From positions 2,411,323 to 2,475,322 of the forward strand of contig NW_024055461.1 of the NCBI RefSeq assembly GCF_902713615.1: 64,000 nt of DNA, read 5' to 3'. This DNA is from Scyliorhinus canicula. Its lineage: Eukaryota. Shown piece after piece: positions 10,967 through 22,380 of this stretch (position 1 is the stretch's first letter; the number at the start of each line of letters is the position of its first letter). The position numbers were made by a program, and so were the translations under genes. The notes under the pieces were generated by a model. The model saw nothing but the letters and a program-made list of their open reading frames with translations. It searched no databases and was not told the DNA's origin.

Positions 10967-11320
10967 GGGCAGCCGGGTAGCATGGTGGTTAGCATAAATG
11001 CTTCACAGCTCCAGGGTCCCAGGTTCGATTCCCGGCTGGGTCACTGTCTGTGTGGAGTCTGCACGTCCTCCCCCTGTGTGCGTGGGTTTCCTCCGGGTGC
11101 TCCGGTTTCCTCCCACAGTCCAAAGATGTGCGGGTTAGGTGGATTGGCCATGCTAAATTGCCCGTAGTGTCCTAATGAAAGTAAGGTTAAGGGGGGTGTT
11201 GTTGGGTTACGGGTATAGGGTGGATACGTGGGTTTGAGTAGGGTGATCATGGCTCGGCACAACATTGAGGGCCGAAGGGCCTGTTCTGTGCTGTGCTGTA
11301 CTGTACTGTTCTATGTTCTA
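10967..11320 (+). mobile_element. Full-length HE1-type SINE
   Basis: gggcagc...tggttagc head, ggttcgattcccggctggg B box, tail gggccgaagggcctgttctgtgctg...tgttcta. Confidence 0.9.
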
Positions 11321-12049
11321 AATGTGCCCGCGGACAGGAAAGTTTGCTCATTCCCACTTGGACGAGAAGAGTTATTCCGCCCCCACCTCCACCACAACCC
11401 CCGCTGGAAAATCTAGAACACGGGAAATAACCGGAGAGTAAAGAACTGATCATTTGTTACTGAGATGAACCAAAATGCGTTCAGTACAAGGGATGAGAAT
11501 TGTTCTAATTCCCCAGCCCGGAGGCTTGTTGGCGTTTTCTCGTTGAACATGCATAAGTGGGACATAGACGCGTTTGGGTCTCTCGGGGACTTACGGATAT
11601 CGCCACAGATGCAAACGTGCAGTTAAGGCCGAACATCTTCCATAATCACATTTAAAATTTGGAGAAACTCGGGCCGCCATGTGGCTTTATCTCCATATTT
11701 CTAACGATCATACAGCTTCTACAAAGAGTCATTCAGAATCGAAACGTTAGATCCCTTCTCTCTCCGCAGATGCTGACAGACCTGCGGAGACTGTCCAGTG
11801 TTTTCTGTTTTTGATACAGATACACATGTCGGCTGTTCCTCTTTTTGAGGATGACGGCTTCTCAGCCTTTGGTGTTTCTGCCACATGTCAGTGTTCAGGC
11901 CGCTTTTCCACCACAGATCTTGGCAGACCTGGAGACCTGGCGCAGAATGCCCCAGAAGAGTCTTAGACAGCAGGATTTTATAACTTTCCTTTCCTTCTCT
12001 GCCGCCGGTCTGTCTCTTGATGAAGACTTTAGAGTACGAAGCATGAAAG

Positions 12050-12860
12050 CCCCTGACCTACCCACCTAATCCCACTTTCTTGCAATTAGCCCATAGCCTT
12101 GAATGTTAAAACGTGTCAAGTACTCATCCAGGTACTTCTTAAAGGATGTGAGGCATCCTACCTGTCCCACTCTCCCAGGCAGTGCATTGCAGACCGTCAC
12201 AACTCTCCGCGTAAAAAAGCTTGTCCTCAAACCCCCCCCCCCAAAACCGCTTACCGTGAGTTTGAACTTGTGCCCCTCATAACTGACCCAACTAAGATGT
12301 GGAGATGCCGGCGTTGGACTGGGGAGAGCACAGTAAGAATTCTTACAACACCAGGTTAAAGTCCAACAGGTTTGTTTCAAACACGAGCTTTCGGAGCGCA
12401 GCTCCTTCCATACCTTGCCATTCACCTGAGGAAGGGACTGCGCTCCGAAAGCTCGTGTTTGAAACAAACCTGTTGCACTTTAACCTGGTGTTGTAAGACT
12501 TCTTACTGTGACCCAACTAAGGGGAACAGCTGCTCCCTATCCACCCTTTCCGTGCCCCTCGTAGACTTGTACACCTCAATCAGGCTGCCCCTCAGTCTTT
12601 TTTGCCCTTCTGCCAACAGAGATCTATGGACAAACACGCAAAGGCTTCTTTGTTCTACGTAACGTCCCAGTGTCAGACCTTTGATAGTATACTTCCTTGT
12701 TAAATTACTCCTTCCAAACTGTGTTGCCTCACACTTTTCACGGTTGAATTCCATTTGCCACTTATCCACCCATTCGATCATCCAGTCTTCCTGTAACCCA
12801 AGACACTCAACCTCACACAGTCCAGATATCACTGGGGTATACGAGTGTTTTATCAAATTC
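12050..12860 (-). mobile_element. Decayed CR1 LINE fragment hosting a palindromic insertion
   Basis: ORFs 12503-12856 and 12066-12467 carry WQMEFNREKCE and FFTRRVVTVCNALP motifs. Confidence 0.8.
12297..12510. mobile_element. Palindromic (head-to-head) Penelope-like terminal element with target-site duplication
   Basis: ~80-bp inverted arms (12331-12410 versus ~12430-12510); direct repeat acccaactaag at 12286-12296 and 12511-12521; hammerhead-like core in the right arm. Confidence 0.75.
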
Positions 12861-13865
12861 TTTTGTATACCAGCACTTTTGATGATTTGGGAAGGTATTT
12901 GTATTCAACAATCGGTGTTGTAGTTTGTGGAAGGTTGAACTGGTGAAACTTATCGGGAATTGGTTCTCTTCTCTTCGACAATGGTGACAATGGAGTGTCA
13001 GAGGAACATTTAGGTCATATAATCAAAAGGCTGCTCAAAGAGTTTGGTTATTTGGGGCCGCACAGTTGCTAGCACTGCTGCCTCACAGCGCCAGGGACCC
13101 GGATTCTTCTCTGGCCTTGGGCGAGCGCGTGGCGTTTGCACGTTGTCCCCGTGTCTGTGATGGTTTCCTCCGTGTGTCACGGTTTCCTCCCACAACCCAA
13201 AAATATGCAGAATAGATGGATTAGAGGGAGAATTCAGAATGTACAAATTACCGAACAGCACGTCTTTCGGGACTTGTGGGTAGAAGCCGGAGCACCCAGA
13301 GGAAACCCACGCAGAAGAACGTGCAGACTCCACACAGATAGAGACCCAAGCCGGGAATCAAACCCGGATCCCTGGAGCATGAGGCAGCAGTGCAAACCAC
13401 TGAGCCACAGTGCCGCCCGTTAAGTACCTTGCACATTTAGTACCGCAGCAGATATTGATCCATTCTGCATTTCGTTACAGGAACCGGTAACGAGGCGTCT
13501 TTGTCCTTGGACTCATCAGCTAGAGCAGGCCATGATTTTCGGCCATCTCCTCATTTGTGTGCCTCCCTCTGCTGGTAGGTAGATATTCCGCCTTTAAAGT
13601 TACAATAAAATTTGCGGTATAAAAGACCATAATCAGACCAAAAGGCAAATGAGCAGAATTAGGCCACTTGGCCCATCGTGTCCACTCCGCCATTCAATCA
13701 TAACTGATATTTTCAGGCATACCTCTCACGATTTCCCAAACTATTCCTCTGTTGACCGACACAAGGACAGAGAAATGTCCGGTAAATAGACATGATTGCT
13801 TGCCTGAGCCCGGGATCAATTCATTCTCGGAAAGGAACCTCAGTGATGCTGTAAACACTCACTCA

Positions 13866-14799
13866 GGGTTGTGTACGGGCCTTTAGGTTTTCTCTAACAC
13901 TGTTCCTCAGGGGCTGTTTAGCCCAGGGCTAAATCGCTGGCATTGAAAGCAGTCCAATCAGGCCAGCAGCACGGTTCGTCACATCCTCCCCTAACAGGCG
14001 CCGGAATATGGCGACTAGGGGCTTTTCACAGTAACTTCATTTGAAGCCTACACTCCACAATAAGCGGTTTTCATTTCATTTCATTTTCAGTGCGCAGTAA
14101 TTGACCTCCCCTTCCTCCACATCGAATATGCGCATATACTGAGGTAACCTCTCTGTTTAGATTTGTCAGCAACCACCAGATATCGTCCTGAACCCACACC
14201 TTTCTTCAATGCTAAGGCGTTGGTGATAATCCATCTCGGTGGCTGTGCCGGTTTCTCCTGATATCATTGCATTTTGTACATGTTGGGGCCTTTATATTGG
14301 CTATTTAACTTCACCGAACTCCCTTCTGACACTGTTATTGTCACTGGTGACTGAGCTACCGGATCTGCATATAGCCGGCCTGCGAAAGTGAAGGAATGTA
14401 ATGAACAGATTGTTGTTCCTTTATAAATTTTGAGTTTTTTCATTTAAGAGGTACTTTTTAGCGTGGCCAGTCCACTTAGCCTGTACACCTAGGTTGTGGG
14501 AGTGAGAATGTTCAAACACCACACTGCCAGTGATCCGGGGCTGGGATCGAACCCGTGTCCTCAGTGCAATGAGGCAGCAGTGCCAACCATTGCGCCACCG
14601 TGTCGCCCTGAGTTTAAACAGAGTTGATACAAATTTGCTTGTATCTGCGGCATTTTCTGGGACCTCTGATGCAGGCACTTCATAGACATTCCCGATCGTT
14701 AATTATACTCTAGCCTATGTGTATTAATAAACTAATCTGGTTTAATTAACACTATAACTACTTACTGTGCCAAAGCGCCGCCAGTATTATCACTAACAT
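13866..14799 (-). pseudogene. TCR V pseudogene, family A; RSS separated from the exon by a SINE
   Basis: Leader 14799-14766 (MLVIILAALWH). Exon from 14379: ...YADPVAQSPVTITVSEG..., first Cys changed to Ser, core Trp to TGA, ends YCAL. RSS AACAGTG (13904-13898), 23 bp, ACACAACCC (13874-13866). Confidence 0.85.
13911..14087 (+). mobile_element. tRNA-derived SINE inserted at a V coding end
   Basis: Same family as 9431-9615; flanked by tcag at 13907-13910 and 14087-14090. Confidence 0.85.
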
Positions 14800-14895
14800 A
14801 TCTGACTGAATCTCTCTCAGTGAACTGGACTGGACTGAGTGAGGAATTGTGTAGGAGAGAGGGAACTTAGTGCAGTGCAGGGAGAGGGTCAATTG

Positions 14896-14903
14896 TGACG
14901 TCA
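14896..14903. promoter_or_regulatory. CRE (TGACGTCA) in a family-A V promoter
   Basis: Perfect palindrome ~100 bp upstream of the leader ATG at 14799; paralogous positions have TGACCTCA (17921-17928) and TGATGTCA (35556-35563). Confidence 0.7.
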
Positions 14904-14969
14904 CTCGCCTCCCATCCTATCGGCTTGGCCGACACCATCAGGTGAGTTTCTGACGCCCGTGCTTGAATT

Positions 14970-14984
14970 TGGCGCCCTCTGCTG
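14970..14984 (-). promoter_or_regulatory. CTCF-like motif upstream of a V promoter
   Basis: Minus strand CAGCAGAGGGCGCCA; similar motifs at the equivalent position of paralogues (17999-18014, 35473-35486). Confidence 0.65.
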
Positions 14985-15459
14985 CCGGATTCGGTTTACT
15001 CCGTGTTAGAATTCGGCTCTTGAGTGGATTCAGTGTTGACTGCAATGCATATCAGGGCGGGAAACCTAGACAGAAATCTAAATTTCAGCTGTGTATACAC
15101 TATCTTTGTCACTATAGGTGTTTCTAATCAAAAAACGATGCTTAATCTGTGCCAATCATCCCTGGAGTTCTCGGTTCACACCTTAGGACGAAGTCGAAAG
15201 AATGCCAAGACTTTGGTGGACATGCGGAGGTTAGAACTCAGAATAATAGCAGGGCTCAAAAGACTAGTTTTCTTTATTTTGGTTCTGACGAAGAAGGTGC
15301 AAAAGGGGAACTGCTCTGAACATCGCTTTTTTCAGAGACCAAATTGTCTGGAATTATTTTCATTAGCTGAAGGTGAAATGTCCTATGAAGAAGATAAGTG
15401 AATGATATTTCATGCGAGACCATGAAACGTTACAGAGGACTTTGAATGGATCAGCACCG

Positions 15460-15482
15460 AGGCACGGGCGGGATTCGAACCT
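15460..15482 (-). pseudogene. 3' fragment (T-arm and acceptor) of tRNA-Thr
   Basis: Minus strand ggttcgaatcccgcccgtgcct matches the 3' end of the tRNA at 38392-38463; flank 15315-15375 matches 38586-38645 inverted. Confidence 0.55.
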
Positions 15483-15789
15483 GCCGACAGACTTGTTTTT
15501 ATTCCCCTCAGTCACTTGAGCAATGAATAGGTGCAGAAAGTGCACAAACATCTGGAGGCTCAATCGCTAACATTTCCACTCCATCAATTGCGCTGGCAGC
15601 TGATAGTTTGATCAGTTTTGAGTCTGTGATATGCTGAGCATTGCGTTATTGCGTTTACTACTCTCGGTTTAATCCTATTGTGCTATTACAACCATTGCTT
15701 CGCTTGGCCCAATTCTGTCCTTGGTTCGGTCAGCAGTTCAGTCCGACTAGATTTTGCATTTCTATTTGACAGATAATTTCGTGCTTTGG

Positions 15790-16130
15790 TGAGCGGCCGA
15801 CCAGGACCTACCCTACACGTTGCATCGCTCCTTGTTATTCTCTCACTCTCAGTAAGAATTAATTTCTCGGTAAAACTCTTTTCGCCCCAGATTGATATGT
15901 CCTCCCAAGTATCACTTATTCCACTTGATTACCTAACAATCACGGCTTTCTAACACCCGTAACTCAGACACTATTTAATTTCTATTTATGCGACTTATCA
16001 CATAGTTCTATGTGAATCACTCAGACTCCCTGTTTATCATACATATTATACATGACGCAGGTAGTTCAAAGATTAGTTAGCAGTTATTCTCTGGCTTTGG
16101 TTCCACAACGACATTGGAAGTACATCTTTG
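15790..16130 (+). pseudogene. Highly decayed family-B V relic (leader and start of V exon)
   Basis: Leader-like cacgttgcatcgctccttgttattctctcactctca|gtaaga (donor 15852, ATG lost); tggttccacaacgac ~ WSHQD; upstream region resembles 41140-41420 inverted. Confidence 0.5.
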
Positions 16131-17015
16131 CTGCATTCTGGACATAAGGTGACCTCCTCGAAACGAATTTGTATTTCCTTGCCTTAAACATGCTTTGACG
16201 TCGAGATTCTGCCTGAGCAATGTGAGATACATGCGTTTTTTCTATGTTTTCTAGATTCCATTTAAGATATTGCTTTTCTCATTGTGCACCGTTTTACCCT
16301 CACTGTCTATCTCCCTGTTCCTCTTATTCTCTGGTAATGTTTCTATCTTCGTTCCACCACCTGTATTGTCTCAATGTACCTGCATCCGTTCCCTTCACTG
16401 TTTCTTCATCATATCTTCATCTCTTTCCCTTTCTGCCTTCATCTCTCCCTCGTTTTTCCAAATTCGGCCCCACTAATTATCACTCGTTATCTCCCTAATT
16501 TTTAACATTCCCTTTCAACCATTACAATGGTTGTAATGGTTCATCGTGTTCATCTGCTAATATCTCGAACGGTTTCGTTCTATTCAGCTCACTCTTTCTG
16601 TCACAGTCTCTCCCTGTAAATTTGTCGTTTGTTTTTCTTCATTTGTTAGTTCCCAGTTCTCCGTTTTGCTGCATTTTTCTCTCTCACAATATATTCATCT
16701 AAATTATCCGTTCTCTCTCTCTCTGTCTCGCTCTGTTTGCCTTCATGTCTTTCTTTCATGATCATTGCCTTTCCTGTTTATCTCCCTCTTTGGAAGAACA
16801 GTCCGTACTGCACATTATACTCATTCCATATCTGTTGGCAGATTTCGACCTCCATTGGTACATAAATATTCGGGGTAAGCTGCGTGGTATTTACTGAAAT
16901 GTGTAACTGCGGACATAGAGCTAGGTCCCAGGAATTCGGGGGGCGGATCTCTATTGAAATGGACAAGGGCAACGAGGCATCGCAATTAATTATCCGATAG
17001 GTAAGTACTTGCTGA

Positions 17016-17796
17016 GGTTTTTGTACGAGCTCTTGTCTTTTATTTGACGCGCTGCCTCTCTGCACAGTAATCGGCCGCTCCGTCCTCCACACTGAGGTTG
17101 CTTATATTGAGGTAACCAGACTCTGTAGACTCCTGGCAGCTGCCAGATATAGCCCAGAGATTTTATCTTTTTTCAGTTTTACCGCATTGCTATTTATCCA
17201 TTTTGGATGCTGTGTCTGTTTTTGTAGATACCATTGCATGGTTTATATAAACTGGTCTGTAGATTCACAATCGAATTGCTCCGATCCTCCTTCTAACAAA
17301 GTTAAGGACACCGGAGATTGAGTTACGGGAACTACACACAATTCGCCTGTGAAAGTGAATGGACATAAGAGCATCGTCTTAAAGAGGATCGATCGAGAGT
17401 TGTGTCTATCTGCATGTGTGTGGTAATTCCCATTTACCAATACTCCCATAATATATATAGATAAGTAGATAAAGTCCCAGATTGTCATAGGTTACTTTCC
17501 CCTTTGAGGCGGAGATCTGAATGGTGATGATTTAACCTGAGCATTTCCACACTTCCGTCAAAGGACAGTTGATAAGGCAGGTTCTTCATTCGCAACCTCA
17601 GCCGGTGTGGAATTGAACCCGCACTTGCATCACAAATGAACTTTCCAGCCAATTGAACTAAACCAGCCGACAATGTCGATCTTCTGGTCAACTATAAAAT
17701 CCAAGCAAAAACTGTTGCGTCACTCTGCTTAATTATCCTGGTGATCTTAACCCTGGATTTACGATGCATCAGCATTGTCAGTATTATCAGAAACAT
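17016..17796 (-). pseudogene. TCR V pseudogene, family A
   Basis: Leader 17796-17763 (MFLIILTMLMH). Exon from 17346: ELCVVPVTQSPVSLTLLEGG..., several stops, ends GYLNISNLSVEDGAADYC. Nonamer ACAAAAACC at 17024-17016; heptamer decayed. Confidence 0.85.
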
Positions 17797-18994
17797 GTCT
17801 GACTGAATCTCTCTCAGCGAACGGGAATGTAATGAGTCAGGGATTGAGGAGGAGGAAGGGAACCCGGCCTCTTTATAGCTCATTGTTCCACCCACACACT
17901 GAAGGAGGCCAGACCCATTGTGACCTCACTCAGGTTACCATCCCTATTGGCGTTGACGTGGCCACACGGGACTTTAGGGTTAACATGCTTCAGTTTGACT
18001 GCCCCTGCTGGCGGATTCTGTTCCATCCGGACTTGAATGAGGTCATTGGGTGAATTTAGTGTTAATTGATTTAGATTTTATTAGAATTGTCAAATATTGC
18101 CTCCTGGAAATCTAAATTGGAGCTGATGAGACACAACCTTTATTGATCTTGATGTTTATGCTTCAAAAGATGTTATTCAATATGTGTTCACATGGGTAAG
18201 ACTGGTATTTCAGAAAAGAAAATCTAAAGACATGCGCGACGGTGTGGAGAGTATACGCCAGAATTGTACCAGGAATTGGAGACTTCACAAAGGAGAACGG
18301 TGCAGAGAAATTGAGATTGTTCTTGTTATATCAAACCAGTAAAAGGAAAGATTTACTTAGGAATCGCTGTGGGAGCAACTGTTTCCACTAAAACGCTAGC
18401 CCAAGCATCCCTAATTAAGAGGCAAAAGACCGAGAGATGTTAGATTCCTTGATTAAAATGAGATGTGTTCAAATCTAGAATTGACTACCTAAAAAGAGTG
18501 ACAGGAAAAATATTAAATGTAACTTTCACAAGGGAATTACCTAGGAAAGGGGAAATGGCGGGCTACGTGAAAAAATGCGGGCGGGGTGAGGCTGAAAGAC
18601 GAATTGGATAATTATGTCATAAGATACAGGTAGGATAGGCCGAAAGAGCTCGTGCCATTTTCGGATTTGCTGATATTTGTCTTCCTTCATTCTTCTAGCG
18701 TCTATTTATTTGCAGCCATTTGAACAGTGAGCAGGTGCAAGGTGCTCTCAGACGTTTGGAGATTCAAGCGTTGCTAATTCCTCTCCGTCAGTTCTGAGTG
18801 CAGCTGTGCACACTGCACTCAATATTGAGTCTGCGGCATCCCCGCCCACAGCTTCCGTTTGCTGCTCTGCCCCAATTGTGTTATTGGCTGCTCCGTTCAT
18901 TTGTTGAATCAGCCGTTCAGGGGGACGGGGAGCTGTATTTCTGTCTCTGATAGAGGATTTATCTCTCTGCACAGTTACAGACTCAGGAAGGACC

Positions 18995-19529
18995 ATGAGG
19001 TACCGTCTCGCTCCGATCTTCATCGCTGTATCATTTTTCAGTAAGTCCCAGTAACACATCAGTCTCCTCCTCATTGCTCTAGCCCAGATGTTATTATTGA
19101 TAAAATAATAGTGATGCTAATTATGATGCGTCAATAGATGAATATGAGACTGATACTGTTGTTGTTTTTCTTCTATTTTGATATCAGAATGGAGCCACCA
19201 AGACACAGTGGAGCAGTACGCTGCAAAAATAACGGTTGAAGAGGGAAGTAATATCACACTAACCTGCACTTTGAAAACAAGCGATTCTGATCCGTATGTG
19301 TACTGGTACAGTCAGATCGCCGAGCACCGTCCATATTATCTGCTTCATATTCTGGGCGGGAAACTATTCAGACACAGCGACATCAGTGACCGCTTTTCAG
19401 CTACTTTAGATAAAACTGCCAAGATTACCAATCTAATGATTGGCAACATCCTGACCTCTGACAGTGCGGTATATTGATGCGCCCTGCAGCCCACAGTGAT
19501 ACAGATCTCGTGGACGCCTTACACAAACC
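18995..19529 (+). pseudogene. TCR V, family B, inactivated by one stop codon
   Basis: Leader 18995-19040 (MRYRLAPIFIAVSFF). Exon 19188-19491: KWSHQDTVEQ...SDSAVY*CALQP (TGA just before the second Cys). RSS CACAGTG (19492-19498), 22 bp, ACACAAACC (19521-19529). Confidence 0.9.
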
Positions 19530-19554
19530 CCACAGTGAGAATTCCAGTTGGTGC

Positions 19555-19568
19555 TCAGCAGAGGGCGC
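19555..19568 (+). promoter_or_regulatory. CTCF-like motif 25 bp downstream of a V RSS
   Basis: TCAGCAGAGGGCGC preceded by an upstream-module-like gagaattcc; conserved at 23956-23969 and (minus) 40554-40541. Confidence 0.7.
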
Positions 19569-19950
19569 TCACACACCGATTATCAGACATTATAATCCAG
19601 CCTGCACAGTGAGTGTCACAGTCAGGGATCATAGTAAAAAAAAAACAACAAACACAACCCCCTACAAGAACAGAGAATAACCACTTCCACAGTCATATCA
19701 TTCACAGCCTTCCGGATTTACCATTGAGTTCACCAATTTCGGACTGTGAATTCTCTCCGCCACCTTCACTCCATTTTTTTCGATCAATTTATTTTCATAT
19801 CTTCCATCGATCCCGTTTTTTCTTGACTATTGTCTTCCCTCCCCCAGTCCCCGCCACCTTGGTCGTCCTTTGACACACTGCTTGCCCATGCACTGCCATT
19901 GACATATTCTGGCCTCTTAATGTGCCAAAACAGTACTCCTTCTTAGCCAT

Positions 19951-22140
19951 TATAAGAACTAGGAGCAGGAGTAGGCCACCTGGCCCCTCGAGCCTGCTCC
20001 GCCATTCAATTAGATCATGGCTGATCTTTTGTGGACTCAGCTCCACTTTCCGGCCCGAACACCATAACCCTTAATCCCTTTATTCTTCAAAAAACTATCT
20101 ATCTTTACCTTAAAAACATGTAATGAAGGAGCCTCAACTGCTTCACTGGGCAAGGAATTCCATAGATTCACAACCCTTTGGGTGAAGAAGTTCCTCCTAA
20201 ACTCTGTCCTAAATCTACTTCCCCTTATTTTGAGGCTATGCCCCCTAGTTCTGCTGTCACCCGCCAGTGGAAACAACCTGCCCGCATCTATCCTATCTAT
20301 TCCCTTCATAATTTTAAATGTTTCTATAAGATCCCCCCTCATCCTTCTAAATTCCAACGAGTACAGTCCCAGTCTACTCAACCTCTCCTCATAATCCAAC
20401 CCCTTCAGCTCTGGGATTAACCTAGTGAATCTCCTCTGCACACCCTCCAGCGCCAGTACGTCCTTTCTCAAGTAAGGAGACCAAAACTGAACACAATACT
20501 CCAGGTGTGGCCGCACTAACACCTTATACAATTGCAACATAACCTCCCTAGTCTTAAACTCCATCCCTCTAGCAATGAAGGACAAAATTCCATTTGCCTT
20601 CTTAATCACCTGTCGCACTTGTAAACCAACCTTCTGTGACTCATGCACTAGCACACCCAAGTCTCTCTGAACAGCGGCATGCTTTAATATTTTATCGTTT
20701 AAATAATAATCCCGTTTGCTGTTATTCCTACCAAAATGGATAACCTCACATTTGTCAACATTGTATTCCATCTGCCAGACCCTAGCCCATTCACTTAACC
20801 TATCCAAATCCCTCTGCAGACTTCCAGTATCCTCTGCACTTTTTGCTTTACCACTCATCTTAGTGTCATCTGCAAACTTGGACACATTGCCCTTGGTCCC
20901 CAACTCCAAATCATCTATGTAAATTGTGAATAATTGTGGGCCCAACACGGATCCCTGAGGGACACCACTAGCTACTGATTGCCAACCAGAGAAACAACCA
21001 TTTATCCCAACTCTTTGCTTTCTATTAATTAACCAATCCTCTATCCATGCTACTACTTTACCCTTAATGCCATGCATCTTTATCTTATGCAGCAACCTTT
21101 TGTGTGGCACCTGGTCAAAGGCTTTTTGGAAATCCAGATATATCACATCCATCGGCTCCCCGTTATCTACTGCACTGGTAACGTCCTCAAAAAATTCCAC
21201 TAAATTAGTTAGGCATGACCTGCCTTTTACGAACCCATGCTGCGTCTGCCCAATGGGACAATTTCTATCCAGATGCCTCGCAATTTCTTCCTTGATGATA
21301 GATTCCAGCATCTTCCCTATTACCGAAGTTAAACTCACTGGCCTATAATTTCCTGCTTTCTGCCTACCTCCTTTTTTAAACAGTGGCGTCACGTTTGCTA
21401 ATTTCCAATCCACCGGGACCACCCCAGAGTCTAGTGAATTTCGGTAAATTATCACTAGTGCATCTGCAATTTCCCTAGCCCTCTCTTTTAGCACTCTGGG
21501 ATGCATTCCATCAGGGCCAGGAGACTTGTCTACCTTTAGCCCCATTAGCTTGCCCATCACTCCCTCCTTAGTGATAACAATCCTCTCAAGGTCCTCACCT
21601 GTCATAGCCTCATTTCTATCAGTCGCTGGCATGTTATTTGTGTCTTCCACTGTGAAGACCGACCCAAAAAACCTGTTCAGTTCCTCAGCCATTTTCTCAT
21701 TTCCCATTATTAAAACTCCCTTCTCATCCTCTAAAGGACCAATATTTACCTTAGCCACTCTTTTTTGTCTTATATATTTGTAAAAACTTTTACTGTCTGT
21801 TTTTATATTCTGAGCAAGTTTACTCTCATACTCTATCTTACTCTTCTTTATAGCTTTTTTAGTAGCTTTCTGTTGCCCCCTAAAGATTTCCCAGTCCTCT
21901 AATCTCCCAGCAATCTTTGCCACTTTATATGCTTTTTCCTTCAATTTGATACTCTCCCTTATTTCCTTAGATATCCACGGTCGATTTTCCCTCTTTCTTC
22001 CGTCCTTCCTTTCTGTTGGTATAAACCTTTCCTGAGCACTGTGAAAAATCGCTTGGAAGGTTCTCCACTGTTCCTCAACTGTTCCACCATAAAGTCTTAG
22101 CTCCCAGTCTACCTTAGCTAGTTCTTCTCTCATCCCCTTG
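19951..22140 (-). mobile_element. Young 5'-truncated CR1-clade LINE with an uninterrupted 698-aa RT frame (20037-22133)
   Basis: KSPGPDGMHPRVLKE, YRPVSLTS, QHGFVKGRSCLTNL, GVPQGSVLGP, FADD motifs; endonuclease domain absent; 3' tail ends ~19951. Confidence 0.95.
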
Positions 22141-22269
22141 TAATTATCACCAGCATATACATTCCATTTGCGCGTCTGTCCATATCTTTGTTAATCTCCA
22201 CCTATCACTGATCCACTATCTAGCCCCCCCCCATCCGCTCCACGCCCCCCACAACAGTATAAATCGGAC

Positions 22270-22380
22270 GTAATTTCCAGTTCGCTCCAGCGTTGACAAA
22301 GAGTCGTCCAGAAACGTTAGCTCCACTCTCTCTCTCCACAGATGCTGTCAGACCTGCCGAGTTTTCCAGCATTTGTTTCC
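22270..22380 (+). mobile_element. Terminal fragment of a second Penelope-like family
   Basis: gacaaagagtc...gaaacgttagctc...ccacagatgctgtcagacctgc; related copies at 11715-11815 and 55876-56080. Confidence 0.55.

Noticed and set aside
10915-11636. Possible V relic: leader-like exon 11636-11595, ITLLVQVGMSKLSC, and an LYWYR-like remnant across a SINE
   Set aside because: Leader is phase 0 rather than phase 1, similarity is weak and no 3' end or RSS was found.
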